Notes: a model not told the origin generated them from the letters alone. A stretch of 64,000 bases of DNA from Candidatus Saccharimonadota bacterium (GCA_009783235.1 WRHN01000001.1:212046-276045), one strand, 5' to 3'; positions 17,782-28,720 are shown, counted from the first letter of the stretch. Translations and numbers: made by a program.

Positions 17782-20700
17782 CGATCAAATCCTTCTCAAA
17801 TTGCAGCGTACCTTTTAAGTCAGGCGAATATTTAGAAGTGTTCGGCAAGTCAAGATTGATGATGCGGTGCCAAACAGCCCTCAATAATTTTTTGTGATTA
17901 TTTAATTCCTCTTCCGTATAGTCAAGATCAAGACTGACAATTTCGCCGTCAAGTGGTTCAACAAATTGCAGAACTCCACGCGTTACTGTATAGCCCGCAA
18001 ACTCGCGTGAGTTCTCAACCAATATTTTATAAAACAACAACTGCTGGCGATATTTGTGCAGCTTGGTTGTTTTGTCCCATTTTTCGTAGGCCTGACCAGT
18101 TTTGTAATCATACACAACAATTTCTTTTCGCTCTTTGTCGACTATCAGCATGTCGATGGTGCCGTTCAGGCGCATCTCGTCAACCACCACATTGTCTTGA
18201 GAAAATTTGCGTTCGGCAATTTGTGCAGGTTCAAATTTGAATTGGCTGACAAAAACTTCCAAATCGCTCAGACCCTTTTTCAGATATTTTTGGTAGTCTA
18301 GTTTTGATAAAGATTGTTTTTTAAGTATCGTAGTGAAATATTTTTGAATAGTCTCGCTGTTGGGCATTTTTTCGTCAGCGCGTAGGGCGTTATGAACGAA
18401 TTGCAGGGTTGCGTGGATAGCCGTACCGAAGCCCGCGTTAGCAGATTTGGCTTCTGGAAAGCGCAACAAAGTTTTCATCAAAAACACTTCGGGCCCGCCA
18501 TATTCCAAATCTGTAAATCTATTCAAATGAGTCGGGCTAATCTTATAATTTTCGAGCATCGGTGCTAGCAAATCCTTGAGGGTTGGCGTCGTTTCGACTA
18601 GACTTTTGTGCCACGCGGTTTCAGTATTTTTCACCTGCTTTTCTATTGACTCGGCAGCGAGTTTTTCTTGCGCCATATTGGCGTCGGCCAAATATGAACA
18701 CGGTAAGAGCTCGCGGCCTTTGTCGTCGAATTGGTGCGTAGTAATGAATAACTGTCGCTCGGCGCGAGTCATAGCTACATACAACAGGCGCGCATGTTCG
18801 TCCTCACTATCGTCTATGCTGAGTGGAATGTTCGACGGAAAAACCAGAGAATTACGGCCGCGCATACTTTTCGCCCAAGTGTCGTTAGTGGCATTCAAAA
18901 TATACACGGTGTCAAATTCAAGCCCTTTGGCTTTGTGGGCGCTCAACAGCTGCACGCGATTACCAGTCTGGTAGCGGCGCGTCAGGGTGATGGTTTCGCC
19001 CAAATTACGATATGCGTCAATGAGTTCAATAAAGTCAGCTAGTTCCAGGTCGTCCTTGCCTTTATAGTCCCGCACTAAATTGCGCAGAGCTGTCAGGTCG
19101 GACAAATATCTCAAGTACTCGTCAGGATTTTTTTGCCGATTTTTTTCATTGAAAAAATGTTCGCGATATGGTGCAAACGCAGCGTCTAACATGGTTCCAA
19201 GATTCTCGGTTTCTGAGTTGCGGGCCAGTTCCAATATTTTTTCCGCAGCCGTTTTTATATTGCCGTCACGTTCTAGCATGACGTCTAGCCAGTTCTTGTG
19301 CGCTGCCGCTAGAGCGAGTTTCCATAGCTCGATTGTGGTGATATCCCAAGCTGGGTGAGCTAGAATTTTAGGCAATAGTTCATTAGCTTGGTCGAAGTCC
19401 TGCTGTGCTATGTGAACTGTCGCACGCGCCAACAACTCTAGCTGCTTAACTGGTGGACTCGCTAGTACGTCCTGCTCCTTCTCATATTGTAGAGGAATAT
19501 TTTTTGTCGCCAAAAATGGCACCAGCTCAGCCAAATGTCGATGTTTCTTGGCTATCACCGCGATATTTTCTGGTGCTATTCCAGCTTTAATTTGGCGCTC
19601 AATATTGTCCGCTACGTAGGCTAACTCACTTGTCCAGTCGGTCGCAACGACGTGTTTGACTACTGCGTTAGAACGGTCTTTTTTGGCAGTTAGTTTTCCT
19701 GTCAGCTTGGCATCTAGCCTCAGCGCGCTGTTGGTATCTATCGCCGCATACGCAGCGTCTAAAATTTTGCTGCTTGATCGGTAGTTATTTTCCAGCTCAA
19801 ATAGTTTTAATTCGTCGCCAAAACGCTTAGCGAATTTCGCAATGTTGGCTACCTCAGCGCCTTGAAAGCGAAAAATAGCTTGTTTGTAATCGCCCACGGT
19901 CATAACATTTGGCGTGTTCGAATAATCTGTCAAAAACTCCAGAATTTTCATTTGCGCATCATTTGTATCCTGCAATTCGTCAACCAAAATATATTGGTAC
20001 TGCTCCTGCAAGTTAAATTTCAGTTCAGGAAAAATTTCCAACGCACTGACCAAGCGCAAAATCATATCATCAAAATCATATAAGCGCCTTTTGCCCATAA
20101 CGGCAAGGTATTTGGCATAAACCTCAACCGCCGCTTTCATTTTCTTGCCACGCTTGCGGTCTCGCATTATCCACTTACCGTGTCGATTTTTTTCTAAATA
20201 GGTGTTGCGAAATTCAGTGATAAATTTGGTAGTCGGCGTTGCATGTGCCGCATTTAGCTCGATCATTTTTTGAATTTCTGTTTTCAGCGTATTTGCTAAT
20301 GACGGCTGATAGTCGGTTTGTGCATTTGGCAGTTTAAGCGCCGCAAACTTTGCTTGGTACCGCGCAACTTCGACGTGGCTACGCGCTGTTGGCGTGTTGA
20401 AAAACTGTGCCAAAATTGGTTCGACTTCGTTAATAAAATTATCGTTCTCAGCTAAAATTTTTGCTAAATCTTCGTGCCATAGCCCGGCGCGCTTAATGTC
20501 AGATATTGCGCTAACTACGCCGCGCAAATAAATCGGTTCGTCGTCCAAAAGTTTACCAAGCGGATTATTCATGGGCAGTTCGCGCAAAATATCGCCAATG
20601 ATTTTTTGCCGAGTAATCTCATCGGCTGCTTCAAAAGCTTCGCCTGCGCCGTCAAAAAAGAATTCTGGATATTGGTTTATCACACTTTGGGCAAAGGCGT

Positions 20701-20983
20701 GAAAAGTGAACACGGCGACCCTGTAGGCCTCTTTGCCAAATAGCTCGCTCATGCGTTTAGTCATATTATTGGATGCGTTGTCAGTGAAAGTTAGGCACAA
20801 AATATTCTGCGCCAGAGCATCCGTTTGGCGTAAAATATTACCTACGCGCATCGACAATAGTTGCGTCTTGCCGGTGCCTGGCCCCGCGACAACCATCACT
20901 GGCCCATCAATTTGATTGACGGCTTTTTTCTGTGCATCGTTTAAATTATCATATTCCGTTTGAAAGTTCTTTTCAAAATCCAT
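17774..20983 (-). CDS. UvrD/PcrA-type superfamily-1 helicase fused to a C-terminal PD-(D/E)xK (RecB/Cas4-like) nuclease domain (AddA-like)
   Basis: Helicase motif I AGPGTGKT and downstream SF1 motifs. C-terminus carries GTIDMLIVD ... VVYDYKTG ... QLLFY, i.e. nuclease motifs I/II/III. Confidence 0.85.
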   Translation of the reverse strand: MDFEKNFQTEYDNLNDAQKKAVNQIDGPVMVVAGPGTGKTQLLSMRVGNILRQTDALAQNILCLTFTDNASNNMTKRMSELFGKEAYRVAVFTFHAFAQSVINQYPEFFFDGAGEAFEAADEITRQKIIGDILRELPMNNPLGKLLDDEPIYLRGVVSAISDIKRAGLWHEDLAKILAENDNFINEVEPILAQFFNTPTARSHVEVARYQAKFAALKLPNAQTDYQPSLANTLKTEIQKMIELNAAHATPTTKFITEFRNTYLEKNRHGKWIMRDRKRGKKMKAAVEVYAKYLAVMGKRRLYDFDDMILRLVSALEIFPELKFNLQEQYQYILVDELQDTNDAQMKILEFLTDYSNTPNVMTVGDYKQAIFRFQGAEVANIAKFAKRFGDELKLFELENNYRSSSKILDAAYAAIDTNSALRLDAKLTGKLTAKKDRSNAVVKHVVATDWTSELAYVADNIERQIKAGIAPENIAVIAKKHRHLAELVPFLATKNIPLQYEKEQDVLASPPVKQLELLARATVHIAQQDFDQANELLPKILAHPAWDITTIELWKLALAAAHKNWLDVMLERDGNIKTAAEKILELARNSETENLGTMLDAAFAPYREHFFNEKNRQKNPDEYLRYLSDLTALRNLVRDYKGKDDLELADFIELIDAYRNLGETITLTRRYQTGNRVQLLSAHKAKGLEFDTVYILNATNDTWAKSMRGRNSLVFPSNIPLSIDDSEDEHARLLYVAMTRAERQLFITTHQFDDKGRELLPCSYLADANMAQEKLAAESIEKQVKNTETAWHKSLVETTPTLKDLLAPMLENYKISPTHLNRFTDLEYGGPEVFLMKTLLRFPEAKSANAGFGTAIHATLQFVHNALRADEKMPNSETIQKYFTTILKKQSLSKLDYQKYLKKGLSDLEVFVSQFKFEPAQIAERKFSQDNVVVDEMRLNGTIDMLIVDKERKEIVVYDYKTGQAYEKWDKTTKLHKYRQQLLFYKILVENSREFAGYTVTRGVLQFVEPLDGEIVSLDLDYTEEELNNHKKLLRAVWHRIINLDLPNTSKYSPDLKGTLQFEKDLIGE

Positions 20984-21004
20984 AACTAAATTGTACCACG
21001 GCGG

Positions 21005-22240
21005 CTATTTCTTTGCGAACAGGCGCTTGAGATTAATCAAGGCAGAATCATAAGACATCGCGCCTTTGCGAAATAGCCTAATTGCTAAAGCGATGATTGC
21101 AATGGCCGACACGATAATAATCACTAAACCAATTATTGCTTCGCTTGCCGATAAAGTGCCAAAAGCGTTGCGCATCGATAAGGCAACTGGCGCCGAAAAC
21201 GGGAAGAATGATAAAAACTTCACTACCGTGCTGGGCGCTGGAGCCATGAACATTGTGATGAATAAAAATGGTGCAATGACTAGCATCATCAACACGCCCA
21301 TAAACCCGCTGGCCTCTTTTGCTGTGGGCATCAAAACGCCGACCGTTACGCACAGGCCCGTGAACAAAACATAGCTGGCAATGAGTAACAATAATGTATA
21401 AATTATCACGAGTGGGTCAAAAACGATATGAGGCAAAACATCGCCAATGTTAATTTGGCCGACGGACGCGTTTCCGGCAAAATAGTAAAGAATCGCCATC
21501 GGCAGCACTAAAATCAAAACCTGTAAAAAGCCCAGAGCGATTAGCGAAATAATCTTGCCGACGATGAGCGTTTTAGTACTTATAGAAGTCAAAATCATCT
21601 CGCTGATACGATTTTCTTTTTCTTCCAGCGTGCTCATCATCAGGCGGTTGCCAAATAAGCAGATCAACACATAAAAAAGAATCAGCCCAATAATCGGAAC
21701 AATCATTTTGCCCAAAATATTCGCTTCTTCGCCTTCAATAAAATTGTGCGTTGTGACATTAATTTGTCCCGATAAGATATTAATTTGATTTTCAGATAAG
21801 CCCGCCATGGCCGCGGTCGTTAGAATGCTGCGAATGTTGTTAGTGTAACTATCGAACAAAGAATTGTTTTCGGTATTGGTGTAAATTTCAATGGCGTTCT
21901 TGGCGGAAATTTCCGCAGGCACAACATACAACACATTGAGCTGGCCATTTTTGACTTGGTCAATCGAAGTTTCTTTGTCATCTCTCATTTCAATATCCTG
22001 GGCGATTTCTTCGCCAAGAGGGCTGCCAGCGATCAAACCACTTTGGTCAATCAACGCTACCTGCAACCCTTCGGTGCTGCCAGACGCTTCAAAAATTTGG
22101 TTACTGCTATAGCCCGACCAGCCGCTAATACCAATCAGCGCCACCAACATTAACGGCATGAGAATTGCCATTGCCCAAAAACTCGGTTTTTTCAGAGCGC
22201 GGACAATTTCGAAGCTGATTACCGTTGATAAATTAAACAT
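21005..22240 (-). CDS. ABC-2 type transporter permease
   Basis: N-terminal TM helix, large periplasmic loop, then a C-terminal 5-TM ABC-2 domain. Overlaps the upstream ATPase gene by 8 nt. Confidence 0.65.
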   Translation of the reverse strand: MFNLSTVISFEIVRALKKPSFWAMAILMPLMLVALIGISGWSGYSSNQIFEASGSTEGLQVALIDQSGLIAGSPLGEEIAQDIEMRDDKETSIDQVKNGQLNVLYVVPAEISAKNAIEIYTNTENNSLFDSYTNNIRSILTTAAMAGLSENQINILSGQINVTTHNFIEGEEANILGKMIVPIIGLILFYVLICLFGNRLMMSTLEEKENRISEMILTSISTKTLIVGKIISLIALGFLQVLILVLPMAILYYFAGNASVGQINIGDVLPHIVFDPLVIIYTLLLLIASYVLFTGLCVTVGVLMPTAKEASGFMGVLMMLVIAPFLFITMFMAPAPSTVVKFLSFFPFSAPVALSMRNAFGTLSASEAIIGLVIIIVSAIAIIALAIRLFRKGAMSYDSALINLKRLFAKK

Positions 22241-22979
22241 CTTGCTCCCCGTATATTTTCACAAATATCTCGTCCAGACTTTTGCCGCCAAATTCCTTTT
22301 TGATCTCAGAAATCTTACCGTAGGCACGCGCCACGCCGTCTTTGAGCAAAATCGCACGATCGCACAAACGCTCCACCTCGTCCATATAATGCGTAATCAT
22401 CAAAATAGTCGCGCCTTTGCGATGCACCTCGTCAATAATATCCATCAACAATCTACGGTTCACCGGGTCAAAACCTTTAGTGGGCTCGTCGAGAATGAGC
22501 AGTTTCGGATTGTTCATAATAGTAATACCAAGTTGAACTTTCTGTTGCTGACCACCCGAGAGCTTCTCAATTTTTTCATGAGTCTTTTCTTCCAGCCCTA
22601 CTCGTTTTAAATATTCCAGCGACCATTGACGCGGGTTTTTCTGCCCTTTCAATCGACCAAAATAAACCATCACATCCAGAACTTTTTCTTTACGATACAG
22701 CCCGCGCTCTTCTGGTAAATATCCGACCACAAAACTGCCATCAGGCTTGAACTTCTGGCCGTTTATCAGCAGCTCGCCGGCAGTTTCTTGATACAAACCC
22801 AACAAGGCGCGAATGGTCGTGGTTTTACCCGAGCCGTTAGAGCCCAACAGCCCAAAAATCTCGCCGTCCTTAACGGTAAAACTAAGGTCTTTAATGACCT
22901 CTTTGTCGCCGAATTTCATTTGGAAACCCTGCACGCTTATCCCAGAAGTGTTTTTCGCCATCAGCCTACAGTATAGCAT
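22233..22979 (-). CDS. ABC transporter ATP-binding protein
   Basis: Walker A GSNGSGKTT, signature LSGGQQQKV, Walker B LLILDEPT. Confidence 0.85.
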   Translation of the reverse strand: MLYCRLMAKNTSGISVQGFQMKFGDKEVIKDLSFTVKDGEIFGLLGSNGSGKTTTIRALLGLYQETAGELLINGQKFKPDGSFVVGYLPEERGLYRKEKVLDVMVYFGRLKGQKNPRQWSLEYLKRVGLEEKTHEKIEKLSGGQQQKVQLGITIMNNPKLLILDEPTKGFDPVNRRLLMDIIDEVHRKGATILMITHYMDEVERLCDRAILLKDGVARAYGKISEIKKEFGGKSLDEIFVKIYGEQDV

Positions 22980-23041
22980 AGCCCCAACACTAAAAGTAGC
23001 CTCCCGCGGGCGAGAAGCTACTTATTTTGAGAAGAGCCTAT

Positions 23042-23650
23042 TTACTCTTCGTCTTCGTCGTCTTCTTCCTCATCGTCCCATTCGTCTTCTGGATCGTCTA
23101 GGTCGTCCTCTTCCTCTTCATCATCCCAGTTATGATCCAGCGTAATTGACTGGGTCATATCATACCAGTCCTTGTCCGGCACGCTAAAGTCGGCTTTGCT
23201 AGGTGAATCGCACTCAATGCTCCACTTCTTGTCTTCCGCGCTATTCGGCTGGTCAATGTCCTCGGTGATTGCTTTAACAAAATCAGCATCATATGCCATT
23301 TTGACTGCTGTGTCTTCGTTTGCCTCGTCGTCATATTTATATACGGCATAAATTGCATCATCTTTTAATATCAGCAGATCGCTAGTCTCATGATCAACAG
23401 TGCCGAAGATTCGAACTTTATCCCAGCCTTCAGTAGATTGGAATGTAAAACTGTCGTCGTCTTTTGATAGCAGACAATTAATGGCGGCCTTGTCCTTAAA
23501 CGCTTGCTTAAGGTCGTCAAGGTTTTTGATACCTCCTCCGCCGCTCAGTGCCAGCAGCACAATTGCCACCACAATGCCGATAACTGCCACCACCGCGACG
23601 ATAATCGCCACCAGTTTATTAGTATTCTTTTTTGGTTTTTCTCCCTCCAT
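23042..23650 (-). CDS. membrane-anchored extracellular protein with a conserved paralog-family domain and a poly-acidic (D/E) C-terminal tail
   Basis: N-terminal TM anchor (LVAIIVAVVAVIGIVVAIVLLAL), then a domain shared with the 47693..48934 product (KDAINCLL, GWDKVR, KDDAIY, C.SP.K.DFSVP.KDW). Confidence 0.55.
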   Translation of the reverse strand: MEGEKPKKNTNKLVAIIVAVVAVIGIVVAIVLLALSGGGGIKNLDDLKQAFKDKAAINCLLSKDDDSFTFQSTEGWDKVRIFGTVDHETSDLLILKDDAIYAVYKYDDEANEDTAVKMAYDADFVKAITEDIDQPNSAEDKKWSIECDSPSKADFSVPDKDWYDMTQSITLDHNWDDEEEEDDLDDPEDEWDDEEEDDEDEE

Positions 23651-23711
23651 CTTTCTCCTTCCTTCAAATTGATGTTAAATCCAGTTTAACACAATTGCCA
23701 TGATTTTGTCC

Positions 23712-23752
23712 AAAAAAAAGCGGCTACGATTTTTGCACCATAGCCGCCTGTC
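23712..23752 (-). terminator. rho-independent terminator after the PurC-like gene
   Basis: Stem gcggcta/tagccgc followed by T8 on the minus strand. Confidence 0.5.
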
Positions 23753-23770
23753 GCAAGAAGTCAAGAGAGA

Positions 23771-24769
23771 CTAGACTTGGGTGTTCAGCAGGTAATTTTC
23801 GAGCACCGCTAACGGTTCTTCGTGAAATCTATCGCTGTAGTTGAAAACTTGGCCAGTTATGTCCTCGTAAAATTGAATGTAGGCTTCTGACCACTCCGCG
23901 AATTTGCTCTCAGGGATTTGCACTTTATCCGCAGCAGCCTTTATCTCGTCGTCCGACGGGTCAGGCGAAACCAAACCCTGCTCTATCATCAATGTAATGA
24001 TGTCTTGGCGAACAAACTCCTTGCTGATTTCAATCGGATTAATCTCAGGCGAAAAATCATCCCACAAATCATCACGCCAATAGCGCGACGAATCCGGCGT
24101 CAACACTTCGTCAATGATAACAAGATGACCGTCCTGCAGATCGCGACCAATTTCAAACTTGGTATCAACCAAAACTAATCCATGCTCATCAGCCAGCCTC
24201 TCGCCTAACTCGAAAATTTTGAGACACAGATTTTTAATCTCAGCCAGCTCTTCTTGGTCCCAAATAATACCGCGATCAACCAGCTCCGCCTCAGAAATTG
24301 GCGGATCATTGTTAGCATCATCTTTGAGCGTGGGCGTAAAAATGGGTTGATCAAAACGCTGAAACTCGTAGAAAAACATTCCTTTTTCCTCAAGTTCCTC
24401 CAAATCTTCCCACGGCAACTCTTGGCCGTCGCGCAGTTTGCGCCACAGCGAGCCCGTCAAATATCGCCGGACAATGAGCTCGCAATTGATCGGCTTCGCA
24501 AAATACCCAAAAGTTGTATTGTCAGCCAAGTCGTCCCCAGTATCAATTGCCCAGACTTTGAGCCCGGCTTTTCGAACCTCATCCATAAAATAGTTAGCAA
24601 TTTGAGTCAAAATGCTCCCTTTGTAGAGCACCTCGCCATAGACTTTTTCAAATGCTGAAATATTATCGCTGGCGATCAACGCGCAAAAAACATCGTTGCT
24701 ATTCGGATTGCTAATTCTGATGCGCCTTCTCACTTTTCCTGCTGGCAATTCCTGAAACGTGTAAGCCAT
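23771..24769 (-). CDS. SAICAR synthetase (PurC)-family protein
   Basis: PurC-like motifs GKVR...IASDNISAFEKV ... YKGSILTQIANYF. No other purine-biosynthesis gene is in the window. Confidence 0.55.
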   Translation of the reverse strand: MAYTFQELPAGKVRRRIRISNPNSNDVFCALIASDNISAFEKVYGEVLYKGSILTQIANYFMDEVRKAGLKVWAIDTGDDLADNTTFGYFAKPINCELIVRRYLTGSLWRKLRDGQELPWEDLEELEEKGMFFYEFQRFDQPIFTPTLKDDANNDPPISEAELVDRGIIWDQEELAEIKNLCLKIFELGERLADEHGLVLVDTKFEIGRDLQDGHLVIIDEVLTPDSSRYWRDDLWDDFSPEINPIEISKEFVRQDIITLMIEQGLVSPDPSDDEIKAAADKVQIPESKFAEWSEAYIQFYEDITGQVFNYSDRFHEEPLAVLENYLLNTQV

Positions 24770-24850
24770 GACGACTTCCTTCCTCTCGTACTTGCAGTGT
24801 AAATTACCTCTAACTTGTATTAGCTAGATTACCCTATTTTACACCTATTG

Positions 24851-26050
24851 TTAGTTTTTGCAACGATGAGCGTTATGATATTTTTCCAGAACGATAAGAC
24901 TTTCAATATGCGGCGTGCGCGGAAAAAAATTGAAAGCTTGGCTGTGAATGATTTTGTGCGTCGTGAGCAATTTGGCTACGTCGCGAGCTTGGGTCGTGGG
25001 GTTGCAAGACAAATATATTATACGTGCTGGGCGAGTTTCTAAAATTCGCGCGACTACTTGCTCGTCAAGTCCGGCCCTGGGCGGATCTAAAACCAGGTTG
25101 ATATTGCTAGTGATATATTCAAGCGACTGTTCCGCGCTCTTGCAAATCATTTTTGCTCTCGTTAATTGTAGTTTGCGTATATTTTCCTCGGCCTCGGCAG
25201 CAGCAAATTTATTGCTCTCAACCAAAATCGGACTGTCGGCTATGGTTAGGCCAATACTGCCCACCCCGCTGTAAAAATCAACAGTGTTGAGTTTTGGGTT
25301 AATAAATTTTTGCATTTCTATCAACGCCATTTCATAAAGCGGCAGATTAATTTGAAAAAATCCATTTGGCGAATAGCTAAACTTTTTGCCCAAAATCTTA
25401 TCTTCCAAATTTGTCATTTGCGGGTGCGGTCGGCCATTTTCAAAAAGCGCCGAACTCACATTGCTCTGCTGATCGCAGCGCACTATCAGCGACTGATATT
25501 TACGCGCTTGCTCGCCGCGGGCGTTTAGCTCGTCAACGACGCGCGTCGCTTCGCTAAAAATTTCTGGATGCTCAATGCTTGAACTAGTTATCGGGGTTTT
25601 TCTATGAGTTCCGCGTTTGTGGAAAGCCAGAAAAATTTTTGCCTGCTCGTTATCGTACCACAGAGAATATTCCATTTTGTTACGATAGCCAAAATCTTTG
25701 CCGTCAGTTTTTATCGGCGGCAAATTGAGCTCAATTTTTTCTTGCCCAAACGCTTCTGTTACCAATTCATTTTTGAGCTTGTTTTCATATTCAAAATCAT
25801 AAACCTGCCACGGACTGGTTGCCAAGTAACATGCATCGCGCGGTTCGACCCGTTGGCTCGACGGTGCCAATACTTTTATCACACTGCCCTCAGCGTACGA
25901 ACTTTTGGTTTTGTAGATTTCTAGCTCAACCTTCTCGCCCGGCAGCCCTCCCCACACAAAAACTTTTTTGCCGTCCTTCAAACATCCCAACGTTTGACCG
26001 CCGGGGACGGTTTTTTCTAACTTTACTATTTCCTTAAAAAGTTTTGCCAT
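24851..26050 (-). CDS. TRAM-domain RNA (uracil-5-)-methyltransferase, RlmD/TrmA family
   Basis: N-terminal TRAM-like beta barrel and class I SAM MTase. DPPRAGL motif and catalytic Cys near the C-terminus. Confidence 0.75.
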   Translation of the reverse strand: MAKLFKEIVKLEKTVPGGQTLGCLKDGKKVFVWGGLPGEKVELEIYKTKSSYAEGSVIKVLAPSSQRVEPRDACYLATSPWQVYDFEYENKLKNELVTEAFGQEKIELNLPPIKTDGKDFGYRNKMEYSLWYDNEQAKIFLAFHKRGTHRKTPITSSSIEHPEIFSEATRVVDELNARGEQARKYQSLIVRCDQQSNVSSALFENGRPHPQMTNLEDKILGKKFSYSPNGFFQINLPLYEMALIEMQKFINPKLNTVDFYSGVGSIGLTIADSPILVESNKFAAAEAEENIRKLQLTRAKMICKSAEQSLEYITSNINLVLDPPRAGLDEQVVARILETRPARIIYLSCNPTTQARDVAKLLTTHKIIHSQAFNFFPRTPHIESLIVLEKYHNAHRCKN

Positions 26051-27528
26051 TTGTCTAGCATTAAACTTTGCATCGCTTTAGCCCAATTAAGCGGCGTCAT
26101 GGGGCTGGCGGCGGCAAATTTTTCCGCGCCTAGCAGCAAAAAATTGTAACTTTCTGGCAGCTCCAACTCGTCGCACGGGTGTCCGTTGGCCTTGTAGCTT
26201 TTGGTGTCAGTATATTGTCCGAGCGCGCGGTTAAGATGTTTTGTGGCTAGGTAAATAAATTCATCGTCGCGAGTTTTTTGATAAATTTCCAGTGCGCAAA
26301 TCGAATACCAACTGTCAAAAAACCACTCAGCTTCGCTACCTTTTTTAAACATAGACAGACGACGCTTCAGCTGTTCTGGATCACAATCCGTGTGTATGTC
26401 GTTGAACCAAAAATTACCCGCTTGGTAGGTGTCACCGATGTAACGAATAATACCGTGCTCACGCACCAGACCACTGACGATTTTTAGCACTTGGATTTTA
26501 TGCTTGACTGCTAGTCGCAGTAGCTTAGCTGGAAATACCACGTTGAGTAGCGCCGCATCAGCCGTGCGGTAAGCCGGGTGGCTTTTACTGTAGCTCGGCG
26601 ATTCCCCGCCATCTTTAATTTGTTTGCGAATGACCGCGTAGCCATTTTTAATAATTTGCGCTAAATATTGATCGCTCAGCAGTTTTTCAACACCGAGCTT
26701 ATCACGTAAAATATTAAAATCCTGCTTGAACTTACGGTCTTGAACCAACCACTTTCTAAAATTTTCAAACGCTGAGGTGCAAAGCGCAATTGACGAAGTG
26801 TTGCGGCGGGCGCTTTCTTCCCAAGCTCCAGCATCAGCCTGCGTCCAAAATTTGGTTGCCGACAGATAGGCAAAAGTCAAAACTATCACTTCGATTTGCT
26901 CGTCGCTGGGCTGGATAAAATCTTCTCGCCAGGCCGTCACCGCCAAATCAAGCAGCAACCCCACGGCGTCATTTTGTTTATGATTCCACGGCTGCACGGC
27001 GCCGTTTTCCCACACATCGCCAAAATTTTCCTGCTTACTGTCAAAGCGAATGTGTATAACGTTATCATCGCCCAGTGTCTCAGGCTTATCAACCAGCTGC
27101 TCAATACGTTCGCGCTGCGAAACCAAATAATTAATTTCGGTTAATAAAACTTTTTTTGCGAGCTCAGGATTTTCTAGTTTTAGTCCCATATAGGCCCAAC
27201 AACTATCGCGCGTCCAGATGGAATCGTAATGCGTGTCAAAAGTTACGTCGACGATATCGTGCGCGTCCGCTGGCACTACTTCGCCGTTGACAGACGCAAT
27301 TGATTTAATCTCACGAGTCGGCACGGTCAGCTTAGCAATTTTCTCAATGTCTGCCAGCGCGTAGTGCGCCCGCGCTAGCTCTGACACTGCTTGGTTATGA
27401 AACGGCACTTCGTATAATCCGAAGCTCTGCTTAAAAACCGGGTTGATTTCGCCCTGCTTGATTGCCCCAACAAATTGGTCGAGACCAGAATAAATCTTAT
27501 TTTTTGGCACTCTTTTTCTTCTTTTCAT
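26026..27528 (-). CDS. glycoside hydrolase family 15-like (glucoamylase / glucodextranase-related) protein
   Basis: WTRDS and GAWEE motifs characteristic of GH15 (alpha/alpha)6 barrel enzymes. Confidence 0.6.
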   Translation of the reverse strand: MKRRKRVPKNKIYSGLDQFVGAIKQGEINPVFKQSFGLYEVPFHNQAVSELARAHYALADIEKIAKLTVPTREIKSIASVNGEVVPADAHDIVDVTFDTHYDSIWTRDSCWAYMGLKLENPELAKKVLLTEINYLVSQRERIEQLVDKPETLGDDNVIHIRFDSKQENFGDVWENGAVQPWNHKQNDAVGLLLDLAVTAWREDFIQPSDEQIEVIVLTFAYLSATKFWTQADAGAWEESARRNTSSIALCTSAFENFRKWLVQDRKFKQDFNILRDKLGVEKLLSDQYLAQIIKNGYAVIRKQIKDGGESPSYSKSHPAYRTADAALLNVVFPAKLLRLAVKHKIQVLKIVSGLVREHGIIRYIGDTYQAGNFWFNDIHTDCDPEQLKRRLSMFKKGSEAEWFFDSWYSICALEIYQKTRDDEFIYLATKHLNRALGQYTDTKSYKANGHPCDELELPESYNFLLLGAEKFAAASPMTPLNWAKAMQSLMLDKWQNFLRK

Positions 27529-28720
27529 TTAAAATTTTAGCAGTATCTTTGGCGATCATCAGCTCTTCATTAGTGCCCAGCGCGTAAATTGCATAATGCG
27601 AAGCCCTGTCCGAAATTAAACCCTCGCTACCTTTGTAACCAACCGTAGCGGCGTTTAGCTCGTCGTTAATTTTAAAGCCCATTATGCCCAGTCGCTCGAC
27701 AATCATTGCGCGAGTCTCTGCACCGTTTTCGCCCAGTCCAGCTGTAAAAACCAGCGCGTCTAGACGCGGCAGCATAGTCATAAATCCAGCGATATATTTC
27801 GCGCACTTGCGTGCAAAAATATCCAGTGCCAGCTGCGCATTCGCGTCGCCTTCCTCGGCCGCTCTGGTCAAATCTCGATTATCTTCATATTTAACTGACA
27901 CGCCACGATGTCCAGAATTTCTATTAAGTTCATGCATCACTTCAGCAGGTGTGAGGTTTTCACGCTCCATAATGAACGGTATGATACTTGGGTCGATATT
28001 GCCCGAACGTGTGCCCATGGGCAGGCCCGAAATCGGCGAAAATCCCATGGTGGTCGAGACCGACTGACCGTTTTTGATGGCGGTAATTGACGCTCCGTTA
28101 CCTAGGTGCGCTACGATGGTGTTGACCTCTTCTGGTTTTTTGCCGAGAATTTTAGCCAGTTTGGCGACTATGAATTTATAAGACGTACCATGAAAACCGT
28201 AGCGGCGTACGCCGTGCTTTTCGTACCAGTGTTTTGGCACCGAGTAGCGGTAGGCTTCTGGCGGCATGGTTGAGTGAAATGCGGTGTCAAAAACCGCTAC
28301 TTGCGGTAGTTGTGGGTTGATGTCTGAGATAGCTCGAATACCCAGTAAATTCGCGGGGTTGTGCATGGGCGCTAGCGGTATAGCCGCTTCAATACCAGCA
28401 ATCACTTCATCATCAACCAGCACAGAATCTCTAAAAGTTTCGCCGCCGTGCACCACACGATGGCCAACGGCGCTAATAGTCGGCGTCAACGAATTGTCGT
28501 CCAAAAATTCAAACAAAGCATTCAGCGCCGCGGTATGATCGCTCGTCGAGTCGAGCTTGGTGTCGTGTTCAGCGTTTTGGTGCTTGATAGTTATGTGAGC
28601 TTCGTCCAGCCCTAGCTGTTCTGCTAGCCCTTTCAAAACTACCTTTTCATCTTCGGCGTTAATGAGCTGGAATTTAACCGAGCTTGAGCCGCTATTGATA
28701 ATTAAAATATTGTTTTCCAT
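27497..28720 (-). CDS. ackA: acetate kinase
   Basis: N-terminus MENNILIINSGSSSVKFQL (canonical AckA start, so the start is set at 28720 rather than the upstream in-frame ATG at 28768), plus further ASKHA-fold motifs. Confidence 0.85.
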   Translation of the reverse strand: MENNILIINSGSSSVKFQLINAEDEKVVLKGLAEQLGLDEAHITIKHQNAEHDTKLDSTSDHTAALNALFEFLDDNSLTPTISAVGHRVVHGGETFRDSVLVDDEVIAGIEAAIPLAPMHNPANLLGIRAISDINPQLPQVAVFDTAFHSTMPPEAYRYSVPKHWYEKHGVRRYGFHGTSYKFIVAKLAKILGKKPEEVNTIVAHLGNGASITAIKNGQSVSTTMGFSPISGLPMGTRSGNIDPSIIPFIMERENLTPAEVMHELNRNSGHRGVSVKYEDNRDLTRAAEEGDANAQLALDIFARKCAKYIAGFMTMLPRLDALVFTAGLGENGAETRAMIVERLGIMGFKINDELNAATVGYKGSEGLISDRASHYAIYALGTNEELMIAKDTAKILNEKKKKSAKK

